DNA of 64,000 nucleotides from a virus (Duplodnaviria; Caudoviricetes): IMG/VR virus record IMGVR_UViG_3300005613_000057, positions 2,022 to 66,021 of that record; one strand, 5' to 3'. Shown piece by piece: positions 59,116 to 64,000 of this stretch (position 1 is its first letter; each line of letters starts with the position of its first letter). The notes under the pieces were generated by a model. It saw only the letters and a program-made list of their open reading frames with translations, ran no database searches and was not told where the DNA came from. The position numbers and the translations under genes were made by a program.

Positions 59116-59934
59116 TTATCCTACCATGAAGTTTGGTGGAAGTTCAAACTCACTGATGATGATTTCTTCTATCTTGTCCAATTCCTGTTGAGCTTCATCA
59201 ATCATTCTCTGGCCATTGAATGAAACTCCGCCGGGAAGTGTGATTCCTTCGAATTTGGAAAGGTTTTCTCCCCACTGTCTCTTTATCATGGCTGTCATGT
59301 ATCTCTTGAGAAGACGGTCATTGTAGATTTCAGGATATATTCTGGGGTCAAGAACGCGAAAACATTCTATGATGAGATAATCACCAGCATTGAAATCTCT
59401 AGTGAGAGTCATTGGAAATGTTATCTTATTCGTCACTCTACTGAATTCAATTTCCTTCTCTGGTGTCAGAATATCCGATAACAGAGAAAGATGTTGTTGA
59501 ATCATTGCATAGTTTTGCAAATCAAACGAACCGAATGTATAAAGTTCGTTGAGTGCATACTGATAACGAATGTCGAACATTCCAACGGATGTATTTCTCA
59601 ATTGGAAAACGCGAACAACACTTGCAATCAAGTCTTCCATCGGAACAGTTTCAGAAAGTCCTGCTTCTGTAGCTGTAATATTCCTATCCTTTGTCAGAAA
59701 CCCATTGTTGGAAGCTTTCATTTCAATGTAACCATTGTCGATGTCGGTCTGAGTTATCTGATACTTCAAAAATATTCTCTCAACACCATCAAAATGGTAT
59801 TCCGAGAACAACTGAAGTGCATCGTCAAGACGGTCTTCTATTTGACTACCATCCACGTTTATTTCAATTACGGGTGCGCCAAGTCGGCGAAGACAATAAT
59901 CAACAAGTTGCTGTCTTCTTGTAATCTTTGCCAT
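59116..59934 (-). CDS. gp13: neck protein gp13
   Basis: YCLRRLGAPVIEINV, KRQWG.NL.KF.GI.LPGGV. Confidence 0.93.
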   Translation of the reverse strand: MAKITRRQQLVDYCLRRLGAPVIEINVDGSQIEDRLDDALQLFSEYHFDGVERIFLKYQITQTDIDNGYIEMKASNNGFLTKDRNITATEAGLSETVPMEDLIASVVRVFQLRNTSVGMFDIRYQYALNELYTFGSFDLQNYAMIQQHLSLLSDILTPEKEIEFSRVTNKITFPMTLTRDFNAGDYLIIECFRVLDPRIYPEIYNDRLLKRYMTAMIKRQWGENLSKFEGITLPGGVSFNGQRMIDEAQQELDKIEEIIISEFELPPNFMVG

Positions 59935-59938
59935 ATGA

Positions 59939-59975
59939 AAAAATCTCCTAAACTTGAAGTATTTAGGAGATTTTT
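59939..59975 (-). promoter_or_regulatory. hairpin pairing a late-promoter-like element with the gp13 RBS
   Basis: aaaaatctcCTAAATActtcaagtttAGGAGattttt, 14-bp inverted repeat just before the ATG. Confidence 0.65.
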
Positions 59976-59980
59976 AGGTT

Positions 59981-61258
59981 TCAGATGGTCCCACCACGTT
60001 TGACTAGTGCGTCTAGTGCAAACTTGTGGTTTGCCTCTATTCTCTTCTTTTGCTCCTGTGGATACTTGTTCTCTTGAAGAAGTTTCCCTGTAGCGATGTA
60101 GGCTTCTCTATATCTTTCCGTCCAGAAAGAGCAGATCGCGTATTCATCCCACATTCCCCAATCATAGACACTCTGACCGACAAACAAAGCGCCTTCGGGG
60201 TATTGAAGCGAAATCGCGACCTTTGCATAGCGATAACCTTGGTCAAAACGAGAATAAAGACGACACAATCTTGCAGCTGCCCAAAGAGGTTCTGCACGAT
60301 ATGGAGCCATCTGATATGAATCAAAATATACCTTGAGAATGTCGTCGATTGGTTTCTCAAGAATCTCCATGATTCTACCAATCTGATACTTGGAATAGAA
60401 TGCTTCCTCTGGCCATCCACCGAGGTCAACTCTCTTCTGATACCACTCTATTGCCTTTTCCCAATTCTGGCAGTCTCTATAACTCTGTGCAAGATAGAAG
60501 TGATAACGATTGAAATCTTTTTCTTCTACATTTCCAGATGTAATTGCTTCTTCAAACACCTTTGCATCATCTTCGTATTTGGTTGGGTTTGCTGAACGAG
60601 CTCCATCTTGAATTGGAGTGTTGGTGAATCCGCGAGCAAAATCGCGAGTCTTGATTTCGTCCTTGCAATCCACATATTCATGAAGAACACCACGATAGTA
60701 AAATTCCTTTGAGTTCGATGTGAGTTGTGGACGGTGATACTTAGTGTTTCCATAGAATGCAAACACGTTGTAGATGTCTGCGACCAAGCTCTTCTTGAAT
60801 TCATCGGGATCGAAGTTTGAATCATAAACAAGAACTTCGTCTGCATCAATCATGAGAGAATAATCGGCCTTGTCTCTTGCGAGTGCCATGGCTTCGGAAC
60901 GATTTGTTCCAAAGTCAACCCAAGGTTTTTCATGAAGTTCGCCGGGAATTCCTACGTTGTTGAAGAACTCTCGAATCTTCTCTTGAGTTCCATCCGTAGA
61001 TCCGGTGTCAACAATCACCCAATGGTCAATGACTGGAAGAACCGATGCTAGACATCTTTCGATGACCTTCGATTCGTTCTTTACAATCATGCAAAGAGTA
61101 ATCGTCTTCTTTTCTCCCGTTGGTTTCGGAAGAGGATTTGCTCCTTGGGGAACATCTGTTTTTGGTTGTGGGTTGGATTCACTCAACATTTCTGGAGTGA
61201 TGATTGTTGGTTTGGTTGTTGATTTTTCAATCAATGAATTCTGAACATCTGTCGGCAT
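59981..61258 (-). CDS. GT2 glycosyltransferase with TPR domain (putative protein O-glycosyltransferase)
   Basis: LCMIVKNE, VDTGSTDGT, IDADE, GVLHE; C-terminal FYLAQSY...A..WY TPR; TATAAATA at 61293-61300. Confidence 0.85.
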   Translation of the reverse strand: MPTDVQNSLIEKSTTKPTIITPEMLSESNPQPKTDVPQGANPLPKPTGEKKTITLCMIVKNESKVIERCLASVLPVIDHWVIVDTGSTDGTQEKIREFFNNVGIPGELHEKPWVDFGTNRSEAMALARDKADYSLMIDADEVLVYDSNFDPDEFKKSLVADIYNVFAFYGNTKYHRPQLTSNSKEFYYRGVLHEYVDCKDEIKTRDFARGFTNTPIQDGARSANPTKYEDDAKVFEEAITSGNVEEKDFNRYHFYLAQSYRDCQNWEKAIEWYQKRVDLGGWPEEAFYSKYQIGRIMEILEKPIDDILKVYFDSYQMAPYRAEPLWAAARLCRLYSRFDQGYRYAKVAISLQYPEGALFVGQSVYDWGMWDEYAICSFWTERYREAYIATGKLLQENKYPQEQKKRIEANHKFALDALVKRGGTI

Positions 61259-61339
61259 GTTTTTCTCCATAATAAAGTCGGTTGTCAAAACTTATTTATA
61301 TTCTAAAAATTATCTCCAAAAAGAAAAATATGATGTTTA

Positions 61340-62914
61340 TCAAGATGATGTGGGAGGTAATCCAAAACTAGTTCCTGGGTTTATGGCTTCATCAAAACCT
61401 GTATAACCAGCAATTCCCATGATTATTGGAACGGTATTTTCACTACAACAGCAAACATCGGAACCATAGGAAAATGAAGAATCGAAACCAGTAAGAGAGC
61501 AGATTGGACATGAAATATCTTTGTATCCTTTGACTTCCGCTGCACAACAAACTTGAGTTGGATAAAAGAGTCTACATGGTTCAGATTCAAAGGGAACTGT
61601 TGTAGTTCCAGATCCATCATTTATTTCATTATTCACCAAATGATGAAGCATTCCAACAACTCTATCCCACCTTCTTCGTTCTACAGTGTTTCCAAAGGAG
61701 GTTGTTCCTGGTGTTCCATCGAAAAATGTGTTTACGGAAGTTTGTCCGCAAGAAATAAACCAATCATCTTTTAGATTAAAATCGTAACCAAATTTTGAAT
61801 AACCGGCAAAACTATCACTGGAAGCTCCGTAGTTTGCTATGAACCAGTCCATTTCCTTGCATATTCTGTCAACACATTCTTCAGAACCACATACATCATT
61901 GTATCCATCTGTGCAAGTTTGTCCATTCCAAGAACCATTTACGCATGGTTCTGTAGAAGTTATTCCTGGAGAAAAGAAACAATTGGTTGCCGTTTCTCCA
62001 GAGGAAAGACCAAAACATGTTTCATCGTTATAACACCCGCAGTTGCTATTCACAATTCGAGTATTTTCAAAGCTACATATATCACCATTGAATATGTATC
62101 CTCTAGCACATTCCTCTCTTTCTTGTTCGGGGATATTTTGCAGTTCTTGACAAAGACTGCAACTATCTGTTATTTCACCCGTGCATGGATTTACTACAGG
62201 CACTCCTTGTTGGGGAGGCCAACAATTTGTTGTCGGTAAGCATATTCCATTTTGATTGGAAAAGGAAACAACATTGCATATTTCAGAGCCATTTTCGAAA
62301 GTTTTGTAGAATACGTTTACTACTGTTGGAAAATCTGCTGGTCCGAGTATTACATTTTGGTACGCAAGGACACCAGACAAGTCTTCTCTGGGAGTAGAAG
62401 CAAATAAGAATTTACACGGTTCAATTTCACTTGTAAGTTGAAGACCTAGAGTTTCTATTGGATAACTTTTAAAACAATCTCCCAAAAATATCGAGTCGGA
62501 ATCGTCTGTTGTAAAATCGGTCGGGCAACCACAATCTATGATAGGATTTGTGGTTCCGGAATTTGTGCAAAATGGTCCTGGTATTGTTTGTGGATCAACA
62601 TAAACATAACTATTTTCTATTACAACAGCATTTCCACTTAAAGATTCCGACCAAACATCTGCACATGGATTTGCTTCCCCAATCTGAATCCCTGTCAAAC
62701 CAGTTTCACAAAAAACTTCTTCTGCACAATAATAAATTCCTTCCAGTGATGTTAGCCATTGAAAAGAACTCGGACATTCTGTGAGGTATGCTAACAAAAC
62801 ATCATCTTTAGCAAATCCATTTGATATGGTAACTACAAAATTTTTATCTGTTAATCCAAATCTTTCGCAGTTGTTTGTTCTATGTAAAGTTATTCTAGAA
62901 TTTCCAAAAAACAT
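61340..62914 (-). CDS. Cys-rich acidic putative virion protein
   Basis: 524 aa, 36 Cys by manual count, in the structural module. Confidence 0.65.
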   Translation of the reverse strand: MFFGNSRITLHRTNNCERFGLTDKNFVVTISNGFAKDDVLLAYLTECPSSFQWLTSLEGIYYCAEEVFCETGLTGIQIGEANPCADVWSESLSGNAVVIENSYVYVDPQTIPGPFCTNSGTTNPIIDCGCPTDFTTDDSDSIFLGDCFKSYPIETLGLQLTSEIEPCKFLFASTPREDLSGVLAYQNVILGPADFPTVVNVFYKTFENGSEICNVVSFSNQNGICLPTTNCWPPQQGVPVVNPCTGEITDSCSLCQELQNIPEQEREECARGYIFNGDICSFENTRIVNSNCGCYNDETCFGLSSGETATNCFFSPGITSTEPCVNGSWNGQTCTDGYNDVCGSEECVDRICKEMDWFIANYGASSDSFAGYSKFGYDFNLKDDWFISCGQTSVNTFFDGTPGTTSFGNTVERRRWDRVVGMLHHLVNNEINDGSGTTTVPFESEPCRLFYPTQVCCAAEVKGYKDISCPICSLTGFDSSFSYGSDVCCCSENTVPIIMGIAGYTGFDEAINPGTSFGLPPTSS

Positions 62915-62920
62915 AAAATG

Positions 62921-63760
62921 TCACCTACTTTGTCTAAATGAATTCATCAAGTTCCCAAAAAGATAATTTCCATCGGAGAAGAAATATAGAACATCTATTT
63001 TCCTGTTTGATGTGGGATAGATTTTTGCGTCTCCTCCAGTTGTTACTCCAAACGGACCACCATCTGACCAATATATACCCATATCACTGGGAAATACTAT
63101 GGTTGAACCAGATGTTCCAGTATGACCAATAATTAGAGTTAAACTAGCTCCAGTTTTCGACGAGTCTAAGCCAGAGAATGTCAATGTCTGACCTTCTCCC
63201 AATGCAATATTATCCAAAGTTATAATATTTCTAGTTCCAAAAGGAATATTAAAAATTGTATCTGTGGAATAAGTAGATGAATCTCCACTTGGACTTTCAG
63301 TGTAGTATACGAAGTTTCCACTGAATCCTCTTGGATTCAAGACAGAAGGATCGGATACGATAGTTGCTTCGCTGATTCCAGATAGAGAAGTGGAATCCTT
63401 GAATTGTATTGATGTGTCTGGGCCTTGAGGATTTGCACCACCACCTGAAATATCTATGGTTATTCCCGAATCACTGGTAATACCTAGAACATCAACACTA
63501 GAGTCTGATGAAAAGAATGACAATCTTTGAGCATTGAACATTCCTACTCCGCCTGCTGTAATTTCACCTACTATTCCAGTAGCTCCGTCAGCCCCAGGAG
63601 CTCCATTTCCACCAACTGCTAAATTGGAAGGAGTCGCGACCCACGATGATGCACCACTATCAAAAGTCCAAAGTCTTTTGATTTCAACTCCATTTGTATC
63701 TGTGAATACATAAGAAGCTGTTTGACCATTTGTGGGATTTGAAGGAAAAGTAAGAGGCAT
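62921..63760 (-). CDS. tail-fiber-like/adaptor structural protein
   Basis: MPLTFPSNPTNGQ..W.FD...W N-terminus; short GAPGADGATG; C-terminal IDVL.FFSDG..LFG. Confidence 0.7.
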   Translation of the reverse strand: MPLTFPSNPTNGQTASYVFTDTNGVEIKRLWTFDSGASSWVATPSNLAVGGNGAPGADGATGIVGEITAGGVGMFNAQRLSFFSSDSSVDVLGITSDSGITIDISGGGANPQGPDTSIQFKDSTSLSGISEATIVSDPSVLNPRGFSGNFVYYTESPSGDSSTYSTDTIFNIPFGTRNIITLDNIALGEGQTLTFSGLDSSKTGASLTLIIGHTGTSGSTIVFPSDMGIYWSDGGPFGVTTGGDAKIYPTSNRKIDVLYFFSDGNYLFGNLMNSFRQSR

Positions 63761-63770
63761 GTTTTAGTCC

Positions 63771-64000
63771 TTAGCTAAATAAATTTGGTCTAGAGGCGGT
63801 GATTCCAACATCAAAATATCCCGTTTGGCCAGTAAACCCAGCAAGATCGGGAAGAGTGATTCCATCAGCAGTAAAACTGAATATGTTGTCATACATCAGA
63901 GTTTCCGTGTTGTCTCTCCATGTATTGAAAGCTTTAGCTTCATTTCTCCAAGCAGTGACACCGGAGTTGTAGTATGAAATAGCATTTTCTATTGAAGAAT
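63771..64000 (-). CDS. C-terminal part of a tail-associated protein (5'-truncated by window edge)
   Basis: Open frame SSIENAISYYNSGVTAWRNEAKAFNTWRD...PNLFS* read from the sequence. Confidence 0.6.
   Translation of the reverse strand, partial: SSIENAISYYNSGVTAWRNEAKAFNTWRDNTETLMYDNIFSFTADGITLPDLAGFTGQTGYFDVGITASRPNLFS

Noticed and set aside
1-64000. CRISPR array, rRNA, integrase or transposase
   Set aside because: No regularly spaced repeats or matching motifs seen
1-64000. Stop-codon reassignment
   Set aside because: Core genes are full length under the standard code, and TAA, TAG and TGA all end conserved genes; both tRNAs have sense anticodons

Overview
A 64-kb segment of a large T4-like myovirus (lytic dsDNA phage, standard genetic code). 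The + strand arm (1 to about 34.8 kb) carries LamG, RCC1 and beta-propeller adhesin-like genes, many small membrane or secreted ORFs, tRNA-Leu(CAA), tRNA-Gln(UUG), guaC, TrmH and SET methyltransferases, gp46 split by an atypical short-IntN split intein, GroES, UvsX, and a very large glycosyltransferase/sugar-modification cluster. The - strand arm (34.9-64 kb) is the T4 core: gp13, 14, 15, 16, 17 (mini-intein), two gp18 copies, 19, 20, prohead core genes, 21, 22, 23, 3, uvsY, uvsW, gp55, a GIY-YIG endonuclease and gp47. Four observations stand out. (1) gp47 and the C-terminal half of uvsW each carry one extra base at a C-UUU-Y Phe site inside a catalytic motif, just downstream of a mobile-element-like insertion; this is a candidate +1 frameshift giving homing-endonuclease immunity, though sequencing error is not excluded. 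(2) uvsW is split into two genes whose new ends resemble a split intein that has lost its catalytic residues. (3) G-x-T motifs recur in variable loops of many virion proteins alongside about 15 glycosyltransferase-like genes, a candidate virion O-glycosylation system. (4) Dockerin-like and secretin-N-like motifs point to a planctomycete host. All protein assignments come from motif recognition; no database search was run.
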